In this document: piece after piece, positions 39,861 through 49,934 of the stretch
How positions within the stretch are numbered: position 1 is the stretch's first letter
Layout: every line of letters begins with the position of its first letter
NCBI GenBank assembly: GCA_034530615.2
Contig: JAVRCV020000023.1
Location: 35,173-99,172, forward strand
Direction: 5' to 3'
DNA length: 64,000 bases
DNA from: Aulosira sp. ZfuVER01
GTDB lineage: Bacteria > Cyanobacteriota > Cyanobacteriia > Cyanobacteriales > Nostocaceae
Notes under the pieces: model-generated
What the model saw: the letters and a program-made list of their open reading frames with translations, nothing else
Databases searched by the model: none
What the model was told of the DNA's origin: nothing
Program-made: the position numbers and the translations under genes

Positions 39861-40814
39861 ATGCCAGAGGCTGTCAAAATTGAGCTGCCGAATATTCCCA
39901 GTGCGATCGCTTTAGCTGGAGATGGAGAAGAAAATCTCAAACTTCTATCCCAGCAAACAGGGGCTAGCTTAGTATTACGCGGACAGGACTTACATATTTC
40001 CGGCACACCGAAGCAAATTGATTTGGCTTCGCGATTAGTGCGATCGCTCGAAGACCTCTGGATTAAAGGTAATACTATCTCCAGCGCCGATATTTCCACA
40101 GCCCGTCAAGCCTTAGATACTCATCGAGAAGGGGAACTCCAAGATTTACAGCGAGATATCCTCGCCAGAACTCGACGGGGTGAAGAAATCCGTGCCAAAA
40201 CCTTTCGACAACGACAATACATCGATGTCCTACGCAAGCGTGACCTCATCTTCTGCACCGGTCCTGCGGGAACTGGTAAGACTTTTCTCGCCGTTGTCGT
40301 CGCCGTCCAAGCACTCCTCGCCAATCAGTTTGAAAAGCTGATTTTAACCCGTCCTGCCGTCGAAGCTGGCGAAAAACTTGGCTTTCTACCCGGAGATTTA
40401 CAGCAGAAAGTTAATCCCTATCTCCGCCCACTTTACGACGCCATCAATGAATTTATCGATCCAGAGAAAGTCCCTAACTTAATGGAACGCGGTGTCATTG
40501 AAGTTGCACCACTTGCCTATATGCGGGGACGTACCTTAAATAACGCTTTTGTCATTGTTGATGAAGCCCAAAATACTACACCTGCTCAAATAAAAATGGT
40601 TTTGACTCGTTTGGGCTTCCGTTCGCGTATGGTAATTACAGGTGACATGACACAAACTGATTTACCACTAAACCAACAATCAGGTTTAGCAGTAGCTTTA
40701 CACGTTCTAAAAAACGTTGAAGGCATTGCCTTTTGTGAATTTTCCCAAAAAGATGTCGTGCGTCATCCCCTAGTTCAGCGCATCGTCGCTGCTTACGAAC
40801 AATATGAAAAATAG
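39861..40814 (+). CDS. phoH: PhoH family ATPase
   Basis: GPAGTGKT, RPAVEAGEKLGFLPG, YMRGRT, DEAQN. Confidence 0.95.
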   Translation: MPEAVKIELPNIPSAIALAGDGEENLKLLSQQTGASLVLRGQDLHISGTPKQIDLASRLVRSLEDLWIKGNTISSADISTARQALDTHREGELQDLQRDILARTRRGEEIRAKTFRQRQYIDVLRKRDLIFCTGPAGTGKTFLAVVVAVQALLANQFEKLILTRPAVEAGEKLGFLPGDLQQKVNPYLRPLYDAINEFIDPEKVPNLMERGVIEVAPLAYMRGRTLNNAFVIVDEAQNTTPAQIKMVLTRLGFRSRMVITGDMTQTDLPLNQQSGLAVALHVLKNVEGIAFCEFSQKDVVRHPLVQRIVAAYEQYEK

Positions 40815-40840
40815 TCAGCCCCTGCGGGGAATTCAAAATT

Positions 40841-40890
40841 CGTCTTGAAAAGTTTGCTCAACGGGGGGAACCCCCGCACGCAACTTTTCG
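40841..40890 (+). repeat. SDR5-like structured element inside AATTCAA STRR
   Basis: GAAAAGTT...AACTTTTC outer stem and CGGGGGGAACCCCCG inner stem. Confidence 0.7.
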
Positions 40891-41011
40891 CAAAATTCAA
40901 AATTACAATCCCCATAAATAAATTTAGCAGCTTGTATCCTTTTCTTATTCGGTCATTAGTCATTGGCTAATGGCATAGAACAAATGACAAATGACAAAGG
41001 ACAAAGGACAA

Positions 41012-41416
41012 ATGACCACAACATTAAAAGAATTTTTAACAGCTTGCGAAAACTTGGGAACTTTGCGTTTAATTGTCACTAGCAGTGCTGGTGTCTTAGA
41101 AGTCAGAAGCAAGCTAGAAAAGCTATTTTATGCAGAAATACCCAAGGGTAAATATGCGAATATGCACACCGAAAATTTTGAGTTTCACTTGAATATGGAC
41201 AAAATTACTCAAGTGAAATTTGAAACAGGGGAAGCGAAAAGGGGTAACTTTACAACCTATGCTATCCGGTTTCTAGATGAGAAACAGGAGCCTGCTTTAA
41301 GTTTCTTCCTGCAATGGGGTAAGCCAGGAGAGTATGAACCAGGCCAGGTGGAAACTTGGCAGGCTCTTAAAGATCGGTATGGAGAAGTTTGGGAACCTTT
41401 ACCAGCGGAAATTTAA
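41012..41416 (+). CDS. ChuX/HutX-like heme-binding protein
   Basis: LGTLRLIV...VLE, FEFHLNMDKI, YAIRFLD pattern. Confidence 0.65.
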   Translation: MTTTLKEFLTACENLGTLRLIVTSSAGVLEVRSKLEKLFYAEIPKGKYANMHTENFEFHLNMDKITQVKFETGEAKRGNFTTYAIRFLDEKQEPALSFFLQWGKPGEYEPGQVETWQALKDRYGEVWEPLPAEI

Positions 41417-41458
41417 TTGTAGAAATTGGGCATAGCGCATGAATATTTATGCGCTATC

Positions 41459-41950
41459 TCATTTTTTATTGCTACTCAATTCAGTAAACTCAAATACATC
41501 GTGACTACTACCCCGTAGCACAGATTCTGTATGTTTGCCTACAAATCGCTTACCAGTTGCCAGTTCTAACGCTCCCCAAATAGCACCAAGTGTATACGTA
41601 CATTTACGGTTAGAACCTTGGGCTTCCCCCACAGAGCATAAGGTTTCTGTAGTAAAAATCTTGATGGCATCGCCTTCTTGCTTGATTTGGTCAATGAGAC
41701 ACAGGCGAGTACCATCTTTACCTAAGGCTAATCCTAGTTTGTAGGCTACATCATCTAAAGACAAGGTTGTGTTTACTAAGCCTAATTCTTGTGCTAAGTG
41801 TTTACCACGACTACGACCCGCCGCAGTTAAAGCGATCGCAGTGGCTTTTTCCCCCAAAGCTTCTTCCATACCCTCAATTGCTGCTTTAAAACAGACAATA
41901 CTGCTAAAATCCCCCAAAGTAGGACGCAACATCAACAATAGTTCTCCCAA
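41459..41950 (-). CDS. V4R domain protein
   Basis: AGRSRG, ETLC, CTYTLGAIWGALE, HTES...FEF. Confidence 0.75.
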   Translation of the reverse strand: MGELLLMLRPTLGDFSSIVCFKAAIEGMEEALGEKATAIALTAAGRSRGKHLAQELGLVNTTLSLDDVAYKLGLALGKDGTRLCLIDQIKQEGDAIKIFTTETLCSVGEAQGSNRKCTYTLGAIWGALELATGKRFVGKHTESVLRGSSHDVFEFTELSSNKK

Positions 41951-42036
41951 GTTGTTATAAATCTCTAAGTTTCAAAGCTAAAAGTTCATTAACCAAATTT
42001 TTAATTTTGGATTAGAGAATTTCCCAATCCAAAATC

Positions 42037-42084
42037 CGTCTTGAAAAGTTTGCTACGGAGGGAAACCCTCCTTAAAACTTTTCG
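42037..42084 (+). repeat. SDR5-like structured element inside AATCCAA STRR
   Basis: Same outer stem as 40841-40890; inner GGAGGGAAACCCTCC. Confidence 0.7.
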
Positions 42085-42111
42085 CAAAATCCAAAATCTA
42101 AAATTGATTGA

Positions 42112-42480
42112 CTAAACCACTAAAGGCGCAATTTGCGCAACGGCGCGTTTAATTTCTAGAAACAATAAGCCTTGTTTAACAGCAGCATTAGCTAAAACTA
42201 ATAAAACAGCATCAGGGCCACAACTAACTACAATCCCATAGCCTTTTTCGCCTTCAACAACAATCCGGTCAATAGTCCCACGCACTAATTCACTACCTAT
42301 ACGTTCGCCTAAGGAAAGCATAGCCGCTGACATAGCAGCAGTACGGTCTTCATCCATCTCAGCAGGTAATACAGAAGCTAAAGCTAGACCATCGGGGCTT
42401 ACTAAAGCTGCACCCTGAATATTAGATGTGCCGCTAACAAATTCTTGTAGAACCTGCTGTAACATTGAAATATTTATCAT
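42112..42480 (-). CDS. Roadblock/LC7 (MglB-like) protein
   Basis: GAALVSPDGLALAS, DRTAAMSAAMLSLG. Confidence 0.9.
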   Translation of the reverse strand: MINISMLQQVLQEFVSGTSNIQGAALVSPDGLALASVLPAEMDEDRTAAMSAAMLSLGERIGSELVRGTIDRIVVEGEKGYGIVVSCGPDAVLLVLANAAVKQGLLFLEIKRAVAQIAPLVV

Positions 42481-42647
42481 GCTTTTTTCCTCAGTAATTG
42501 TTGGTAAAAGTTGCTGATTCGTTGCTAGAAAAACTGTTGGTGAATTTATTGGCAAATTTGAAGTTTTGCCATCCATGAACATTTGGCTAAATGTCCTTGG
42601 AAGTAGCTTGAGGATATTGCCTAAATGCATTAAGGCTCATCTGCTGA

Positions 42648-43187
42648 CTACAATATCGAGGGTTTTACGATTTCTGAGATAAGTACCTTTAAAGCCTCTA
42701 TAATTGAAGCTTTTTGAGTAGGATTCACAACTACTACGGGTGGTTTTTTGGTTACTTTCTGCAACCCCAAAGCGATCGCAATATCTTCGGGTGTTGCAGC
42801 ACTGGGACAATCCATGTGAGTTAGCCCTATCAGTATGGGAATTTGCACTCTTTGCTTAACAAAGTCGAGAATCTGACTCCCATAGTGGAAATTTTCTGGA
42901 CGGTGTGCATCTACAAGCACGATGCAAGCTTGAACCTGGCGAATGAGGATATCCCACATAAAGTCAAATCGGCGTTGTCCTGGTGTGCCGTAAAGGTAAA
43001 GTAATTGATCGGGTACTATGGTGAACATCCCAAAGTCTAGCGCTACCGTGGTTTTATCCTTAAATAGCGCTATTTCGTCTGTGCTTGGTTTATCAGTATC
43101 AACGACCTCGATTTCACTGATACTGCGAATAAAGCTCGTTTTCCCTGCACCTACGCTACCTGCGATCGCAATGCGTAGGATTTCCAT
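42648..43187 (-). CDS. Small GTPase (MglA/CvnD-like)
   Basis: GSVGAGKT, TTVALDFG, YGTPGQRRFDFMW. Confidence 0.9.
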   Translation of the reverse strand: MEILRIAIAGSVGAGKTSFIRSISEIEVVDTDKPSTDEIALFKDKTTVALDFGMFTIVPDQLLYLYGTPGQRRFDFMWDILIRQVQACIVLVDAHRPENFHYGSQILDFVKQRVQIPILIGLTHMDCPSAATPEDIAIALGLQKVTKKPPVVVVNPTQKASIIEALKVLISEIVKPSIL

Positions 43188-43661
43188 CTAAACCTCCGCA
43201 AGGATAATACTTCTAGAGCCGTTGGGATAATTGCAGAGCTGCTCTCTATAAGGGTGAAGACAATTGGAATTGCCCACACTGATATTAGGAATGCAAATAT
43301 ATTCTGGAAGCACATCAGTAGTTCTAGTCTGCTTTGAAAATTTTGACGTAACTATTTTTCAGCAAAGATGCAATTCACAAAGCAATTGCACCAGGTATTA
43401 CGCACCCTAAAATCAGTCAATCAGTATTTTACCGGATTTTACACTATTATTAATTTACTTTTTAAACAGTAAACCATTATTTTTTTGTATATAACTTTGT
43501 GTATTACATAGTACTAAACAAAGTGCTTCCTTATCTGCATATTAAATGAGATTAGAACTGATAGGTTATATTTGCTTGTGTTTTTGTCACTTGAGTCAAC
43601 AAAATGCAACACAATAATTCTGTAGATGAAATTTTGCTTGAGGAAAAATCAATTGCTTGCT

Positions 43662-44450
43662 ATGAGGGCGATTTGGAGTTTTTGCTTGGTGGCTTTGTTG
43701 CTATTTGGATCGAATGGGAATGCAACTGCGGGAGAATTATCTCAACGGCTTGCTAATTTTCCTCAATGGGAAAAACTAACTTCTGTGCAACCTGCTGCTG
43801 GAGATTTAGTCTATCCTGAATGGATGGCAGGTTATTGGCAGGTTAAGAGTACGTTAATAGATTTGGTTGCACCTTTGGCACCAAATCTAGTGACACCTGG
43901 ATTTGAAGCTAACCGCAAACAACTCAATCAGCCTATAAGTTTTTTAGTCAGATTTATTCGAGAAAACTCACCTATTTCTCAATTAAAAATCCGTCCGCAG
44001 ATAGATAACAAATCATCAATATTAGTAGCTGATAGAGCATTTAATAGCTTGAATTTGGCACGGGCTTATTTAGGAGATGAAGCTGTGCTATCTGTGAAAG
44101 TAGATCCAAATTCGCCTAATCGCCAAATTACGTTATTACGTGGAGATCGCCAACTAGTTTCTCTTGTTACCGCACGTGCTACAGAAACTACATCTGATGG
44201 TAAGTTCATCACCACAGAAGTGTTTCAACAACTTTTTAAAGGTGGTTCTCGTCCTTATTTCAATTCTGTAGAATCTACCACTGCTTACCGCCAAGTTTCT
44301 ACATCTCATCCAGCCATAGAAGCTGATCAAGTTACTGCTGTTTACCTTTCACCTCAAGATCCAGATTACTTTGCCGCAGGCTCTAAACCAGTTGCTCTTT
44401 ATCGCTATCGCCTAGAATTTTTTCCATCCCAATTACCAACTACTCCCTAA
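43662..44450 (+). CDS. Conserved secreted protein (DUF6816-like)
   Basis: Signal peptide; DLVYPEWMAGYW, ADRAFN, QVTAVYL. Confidence 0.65.
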   Translation: MRAIWSFCLVALLLFGSNGNATAGELSQRLANFPQWEKLTSVQPAAGDLVYPEWMAGYWQVKSTLIDLVAPLAPNLVTPGFEANRKQLNQPISFLVRFIRENSPISQLKIRPQIDNKSSILVADRAFNSLNLARAYLGDEAVLSVKVDPNSPNRQITLLRGDRQLVSLVTARATETTSDGKFITTEVFQQLFKGGSRPYFNSVESTTAYRQVSTSHPAIEADQVTAVYLSPQDPDYFAAGSKPVALYRYRLEFFPSQLPTTP

Positions 44451-44543
44451 GGATGATTTAGACATGAGAAGCTTGACTACAAGATAATACAAATGTAGTA
44501 TAAAGATTCCAAGCTCAAGCTTACGCTCTTGGAAGAGTGCATC

Positions 44544-46364
44544 ATGTCCAAATTTCAAGATATTTTACATTATTTTCGTCCCTACTGGAGGCTGAGTATT
44601 TTCAGTATTGCAGCATCCAGCATTTACGAAATTATTGATTTGGTTGTACCTTATGCCATTGGACAAATTTTAAATGTCTTGTCCGGTCAACCATTAGACA
44701 AACCACTGGAAAGAGCGATCGCAAATTTTTCTGACATTATAAATTACCCAGTTAATCAACAACTATCTTTAGGTGTATTACTGGGCATCATTTTTATTGT
44801 CACCGTTGTGAGAGCGCCAACACAACCTTGGTTAACTAGTTGGTTTCACTGGGATATAGCATTAAGAGCGCGTCGAGAACAAACCCAAACAGCCATAGCC
44901 AAAATTCTCACTCTCCCATTAGAATTTTATGATGAAAATAACCCTGGACGCATAGCCGGAAGAGTAGCGAGAGGTCTTGCTAACCACACTTGGACATATC
45001 CCGAAATTGCCGGACAATTAATTCCTAAACTGCTGCGAGTGCTGGGAATTTTTGTGTTTATCTTGTTAATTGATTGGCGGATTGCGACTTTATATCTGTT
45101 TTCTTTTGTACTTATCCTCAGTTTTACCTTAAAAGACTTACAAAGGATAATTTGGCATGAAGGCCGTCTGGATAAGTACATGGAAGATACCGAAAGTCGC
45201 ACTTCCGAACTGATCACTAATATCAAAACTGTAAAAGCATTTGCGACAGAAGCTAAGGAGCTAAAACGGCAAAAACAACGTTTGGATCGGGAACTAAAAG
45301 TAGTAGATTATCGTATCCATAAAGGTTATGTAAATCTGCTAACTTGGCAGAAATCTGTAATTCAGTTTTGCGTATTTACAATTCTGGGCTTAACTTTAGC
45401 AGCAACAGCAGGTGGTAAGATTTCTCTTGGTCATTTTGTAATGACCTTAACTCTTTCCAGCATGGCATACGCGGAGTTAGAACCTATCAGCAACCTGGCA
45501 GAAGTTTTTGCCCGTCGTTATTCTTCGATGATTCGGTTTCACGAATTTCTCCAACAGCCAATTGGTACTGATGCATCTAGTTTATTAGAAGTAGGAAGTC
45601 AAGCTGAATCACCTTATCAATTTACTGGCAAAATTGAGTTATCTCACGTAAGTTTTGGGTATGATGCCAATCGTCTAGTCTTACAAGATATCAACTTATT
45701 GATTGAGCCATACCAAACAGTAGCGTTAGTTGGGCGTTCTGGTTCGGGTAAATCTACCTTTGTGAAGCTGTTGTTGCGGTATTTTGAACCCCAATCTGGT
45801 CAAATTCTGATTGATGGTCAAGATATTCGTACCTTGGATGTAGGTAATTACAGACGGAGATTAGCGATCGTTCACCAAGAAGTCGATGTCTTCAACGGCA
45901 CGTTGTTAGATAATCTCACCTATGGCAGACCAAACGCTACTTTTGAGCAGGTTCAGGAAGCCTGCAAGATTGCCAGAGTTGATGAAGTGGTACAAAACCT
46001 ACCCCAAGGTTATTACACCGTTGTCGGGGAACGTGGTGTCAGATTATCTGGTGGACAAAGACAGCGCTTGGGAATTGCCAGGGCGTTGCTGGTAGAACCA
46101 GACGTACTAGTGTTTGACGAAGCTACCTCTAGCCTTGATTACGAGTCTGAGCGTTCCATTCAATTAGCGATGCGATCGATTCAAGGCACTCGCACTACAA
46201 TCATCATTGCTCACCGCTTGAGTACAGTGCGGGAAGCCGACAAGATTGTGGTTCTAGATCGAGGAAAAATTGTGGAAGTCGGTAGCCATGAAGAACTTTT
46301 GCGCCAAGAAGGTATTTACCGCCGCTTGCATTCCTTGCAAGAAACAGGTGAACTCCTGAGTTAG
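44544..46364 (+). CDS. ABC exporter (TM + ATPase)
   Basis: GRSGSGKST, LSGGQRQR, DEATSSLD. Confidence 0.95.
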   Translation: MSKFQDILHYFRPYWRLSIFSIAASSIYEIIDLVVPYAIGQILNVLSGQPLDKPLERAIANFSDIINYPVNQQLSLGVLLGIIFIVTVVRAPTQPWLTSWFHWDIALRARREQTQTAIAKILTLPLEFYDENNPGRIAGRVARGLANHTWTYPEIAGQLIPKLLRVLGIFVFILLIDWRIATLYLFSFVLILSFTLKDLQRIIWHEGRLDKYMEDTESRTSELITNIKTVKAFATEAKELKRQKQRLDRELKVVDYRIHKGYVNLLTWQKSVIQFCVFTILGLTLAATAGGKISLGHFVMTLTLSSMAYAELEPISNLAEVFARRYSSMIRFHEFLQQPIGTDASSLLEVGSQAESPYQFTGKIELSHVSFGYDANRLVLQDINLLIEPYQTVALVGRSGSGKSTFVKLLLRYFEPQSGQILIDGQDIRTLDVGNYRRRLAIVHQEVDVFNGTLLDNLTYGRPNATFEQVQEACKIARVDEVVQNLPQGYYTVVGERGVRLSGGQRQRLGIARALLVEPDVLVFDEATSSLDYESERSIQLAMRSIQGTRTTIIIAHRLSTVREADKIVVLDRGKIVEVGSHEELLRQEGIYRRLHSLQETGELLS

Positions 46365-46472
46365 GTGTGAAGAACTGGGTTTCGTGAGGAAACCCAGTTT
46401 CTCCAAAATATTTTTTTAAACCCCTTGCGATTTCTAAAACTTGGTGCTAATGTTGTAAATCGTGAGACAAAT

Positions 46473-46558
46473 GGGTCGGTGTCCGAGTGGTTAATGGAGA
46501 CGGACTGTAAATCCGTTGGTTTACGCCTACGCTGGTTCAAATCCAGCCCGGCCCACCA
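46473..46558 (+). tRNA. tRNA-Tyr(GTA)
   Basis: GGGTCGG/CCGGCCC acceptor, CT-GTA-AA loop, encoded CCA. Confidence 0.95.
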
Positions 46559-46643
46559 CTTCAAAGTTATGAGTTATAATCTCTGAGAGAATGGTAAAGT
46601 TCACAGCATTATAACTCTTAACTAAAAACAAAAGTTGTATTTC

Positions 46644-46715
46644 GCCCGTGTGGCTCAGTGGTAGAGCACACCCTTGGTAAGGGTGAGGTCACGAGTTCAA
46701 TCCTCGTCACGGGCT
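46644..46715 (+). tRNA. tRNA-Thr(GGT)
   Basis: GCCCGTG/CACGGGC acceptor, TT-GGT-AA loop. Confidence 0.95.
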
Positions 46716-47250
46716 TTTTGAATTATTGACAAATTAAGGATTTTGAACAATTTGCATAAGTTGGCTGTACTCTATCAGTATCGCTTTGCGTCAATGAAGT
46801 TGCATAACAGAATGTTTATCAGACTAAGCATATTTAATAAGATTTTTTTATATAAAAACTTCCTTTATGGATTCATAACCATTTAGATAAGAAGCCCTTC
46901 TATGGCTAGAGAAGCAGTTAATAAAAATGCAAAAGTCCTTATTCAAGAATCTAATGGAGCAACAAAGCAAGTTGTTTTAATGTAAATCTTGATGTCTAAC
47001 AATTTGCCTGATCTAGATAGAAAGTTAGTTACATTTTTTTAGATTTGATTTTAATTGTTTGGCATAAAAAGTCCTGAAGAACCCAAAATTTAAGGCACTA
47101 TATCTAAGAATTCCTGTTCGCTACAAGTGGTAAATATTAGGGTGAGAGAATGAGGTGATTTTATCCTTTCTCTCACTCTTTTTTTATCTTTATAACTTAC
47201 GCATTGACAGGTAATACTAAATAAATATGAATAGTTTATGAAATCGACGC

Positions 47251-47410
47251 TTAGAAACCGCACGCCAATAGCACGCGATCGTTCAGTAGTAACTTATTCA
47301 TAATTCCGCGTAAATAAGTTTTTATTGTAGGTTCGCTGAGATATAGCGTTTTAGCGATTTCGGGATTGCTATAGCCTTCAACAATCAGCCGCAGCACCTC
47401 TAGTTCTTGC
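47251..47410 (-). pseudogene. Remnant of NarL/LuxR HTH output domain
   Basis: QELEVLRLIVEGYSNPEIAKTLYLSEPTIKTYLRGIMNKLLLNDRV; no receiver domain or clear start. Confidence 0.7.
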
Positions 47411-47616
47411 CCCGACAACTTTTCCGGCGAAATAGACTAAGTAGATTTAGTCCTAAATACACTGTCCTAGAAGGTTGCGTTGATCCTATTAGCGATCGTG
47501 CCACAAATTTCTGATGCAATTGAGCGATCGGCTTGAGAACGAATCTGAGGATTATCTACTGAAAATCGAAACATTCAGGTAAAATAACTTGGCAGCTTTG
47601 GAAGGAGTGAGAAATC

Positions 47617-48489
47617 ATGGCAGAAGCGCAGATTGGGATTATTGGTGGCAGCGGTCTATACAAGATGGATGCACTTAAGGATATTGAAGAATTGCAGGTA
47701 AAAACGCCGTTTGGTTCACCTTCGGATGCTTTAATTCTAGGTAAATTAAATGGGACAAGGGTAGCATTTCTGGCTCGTCATGGTCGCAATCACACGCTAC
47801 TTCCTTCCGAGTTACCATTCCGCGCCAATATCTATGCAATGAAGCAATTGGGTGTAGAGTATTTAATTTCGGCTAGTGCAGTGGGTTCGTTGAAAGCAGA
47901 AGCCAAACCACTTGATATGGTGGTTCCAGATCAATTTATTGACAGAACAAAAAATCGAGTATCAACGTTTTTTGGGGAAGGAATTGTTGCTCATATTGCC
48001 TTTGGCGATCCGGTTTGTCACAATTTGGCGGGTGTTTTAGCAGATGCGATCGCATCTTTAAATCTACCAGAAGTAACTCTGCATCGTGGTGGCACTTATG
48101 TGTGCATGGAAGGGCCAGCATTTTCTACCAAGGCGGAATCGAATCTTTATCGCAGTTGGGGTGCGACAGTCATTGGAATGACAAATTTACCAGAGGCGAA
48201 GTTAGCTAGAGAAGCAGAAATTGCTTATGCAACTTTAGCATTGGTCACAGATTACGATTGTTGGCATCCAGATCACGATAGCGTCACCGTGGAAATGGTA
48301 ATTGGTAATTTACAGCGCAATGCAGTGAATGCACAAAAGGTAATTCAAGAAACTGTACGCCGCTTGAGTGAAAATCCACCTCCTAGCGATGCACATTCGG
48401 CTTTGAAATATGCAATTTTGACTCAGTTGGATAAAGCACCGATGGCGACGAAGGAAAAATTGGGCTTGTTATTGCAGAAGTATTTATAG
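47617..48489 (+). CDS. mtnP: S-methyl-5'-thioadenosine phosphorylase
   Basis: GIIGGSG, RHG, EGPAFST, GMT, TDYDCW. Confidence 0.95.
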   Translation: MAEAQIGIIGGSGLYKMDALKDIEELQVKTPFGSPSDALILGKLNGTRVAFLARHGRNHTLLPSELPFRANIYAMKQLGVEYLISASAVGSLKAEAKPLDMVVPDQFIDRTKNRVSTFFGEGIVAHIAFGDPVCHNLAGVLADAIASLNLPEVTLHRGGTYVCMEGPAFSTKAESNLYRSWGATVIGMTNLPEAKLAREAEIAYATLALVTDYDCWHPDHDSVTVEMVIGNLQRNAVNAQKVIQETVRRLSENPPPSDAHSALKYAILTQLDKAPMATKEKLGLLLQKYL

Positions 48490-48687
48490 ACTTAATCATC
48501 ACTAGAGGATGAATGAGTAAGTCTAAACTTAAAGGTAGAGTTCTGACGAATACACGCATAAGAAAGTCTGCTGCGTTATAGTTTTCAATAGCCATTCGAT
48601 CTATCATTGATAACTATTCACGCAGGACTACTCCAAATTGATAACGAGTTTAGCTATTTAGTAATATAAAAGAACCACAGAGACGCA

Positions 48688-48733
48688 GCGAAAAGTCGGA
48701 GCGTCGGCTTCCGGCGATCTGAACTTTTCAAGA
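48688..48733 (-). repeat. SDR5-like element, reverse orientation
   Basis: Reverse complement reads TCTTGAAAAGTT...ACTTTTCGC, as at 40841 and 42037. Confidence 0.6.
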
Positions 48734-48775
48734 TAGAGAACGCAGAGGAGAAGAGGGATTGTCGGCTATGCAAAT

Positions 48776-49867
48776 TTAGCCCTCAATTAATTTTTTAAAG
48801 TGTTCATCTGCTCGAATGGCATTAAAGTCTGGATTAGTTTTGGCAAATTCTCGATGTATGTCTTCTCTCAACTTAATTGCCTGTTTGAGATTTTCAATTG
48901 CTAAATTGCTCTCATTAAGAAATACATGACAACGAGCTTTATGCATCCAAGCCCAGTCAAAATCGGGCTGAAGTTCTAAAGCTTTATCATAGCAGCTAAT
49001 AGCTTCATCATATCGTCGTAATTTCCTTAGAGAATTACCGCAGCCGAACCAAGCTATATAGTGTTTGGATTCGATACTAATTGCTTTTTCGTAAGATAAT
49101 AGTGCTTCTGAATAGCGTCCTAATTTTCTAAGCGTCCAGCCGTGATTTACCCAAGCTATATAGGATTCAGGTTCTCGTTGTATGACTTCTTTATAACAAG
49201 CTAACGCTTCTTTATAGTCACCTTCAAAAAATAAAGCATCTCCTTGTTTAAGATAATCATTAGCAGTAAAAAATAGGCGAGGATTTTCAGATTTTAGGAT
49301 TTCTAATTGGGCGGTTAAATCTTGAATTCTTTGTTGGATTTCGGGATGAAGATAATCTTGTGTTAATGAAGGTGAAGGCGTAAGTCCAGTTAGCTGTTGC
49401 AAAATTTGCTCTTTTTGACTTTGGGCATCTAAATATAAATTGTTTAATTCAGACAATCGGCTTAAAAAGTCAGATTTTAATACTTCTAGTTCTTGCTTAA
49501 AAGCTGCTGTCTGATTTTTTAATTCTGCGGCTACTTCTTTTTCTAGTTGCTTTTCCACTTCTTCTTCTAAGCGTTTTTTAGTTTCCGCGACTACTTCACT
49601 AATTACACTGCGACGCAATAACCAAACACCCGCCGCCGCTAAGATGGGCAACATAGTCAGTACGACAAGCAAGATATTGAGTAAGGCTGTAGTGTGATTA
49701 AAAGCACGGTCAACTTCCTCTTGCACCTGGTTGTCTATTTCTATTCTTTCCCTATCTGTCAAAGTGGGAGTTGCTGCTATAGGGCTGACTTGGGGTGCAG
49801 CTACGGCACTAGTGGCAGTTAGGAGAATTAGTAAAACTGCTAACGCAATTTGATTCTTGATCTTCAT
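48776..49867 (-). CDS. Membrane-anchored TPR protein
   Basis: Signal peptide, TM, coiled coil, C-terminal TPRs. Confidence 0.8.
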   Translation of the reverse strand: MKIKNQIALAVLLILLTATSAVAAPQVSPIAATPTLTDRERIEIDNQVQEEVDRAFNHTTALLNILLVVLTMLPILAAAGVWLLRRSVISEVVAETKKRLEEEVEKQLEKEVAAELKNQTAAFKQELEVLKSDFLSRLSELNNLYLDAQSQKEQILQQLTGLTPSPSLTQDYLHPEIQQRIQDLTAQLEILKSENPRLFFTANDYLKQGDALFFEGDYKEALACYKEVIQREPESYIAWVNHGWTLRKLGRYSEALLSYEKAISIESKHYIAWFGCGNSLRKLRRYDEAISCYDKALELQPDFDWAWMHKARCHVFLNESNLAIENLKQAIKLREDIHREFAKTNPDFNAIRADEHFKKLIEG

Positions 49868-49934
49868 GCAAGCCTGCTAAGTATAAACTCAGAATCTATC
49901 GTAATCTACACAACTAAGTTACTAGATTCCGTAT

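Noticed and set aside
46361..46564. 67-aa minus-strand ORF
   Set aside because: Antisense to tRNA-Tyr
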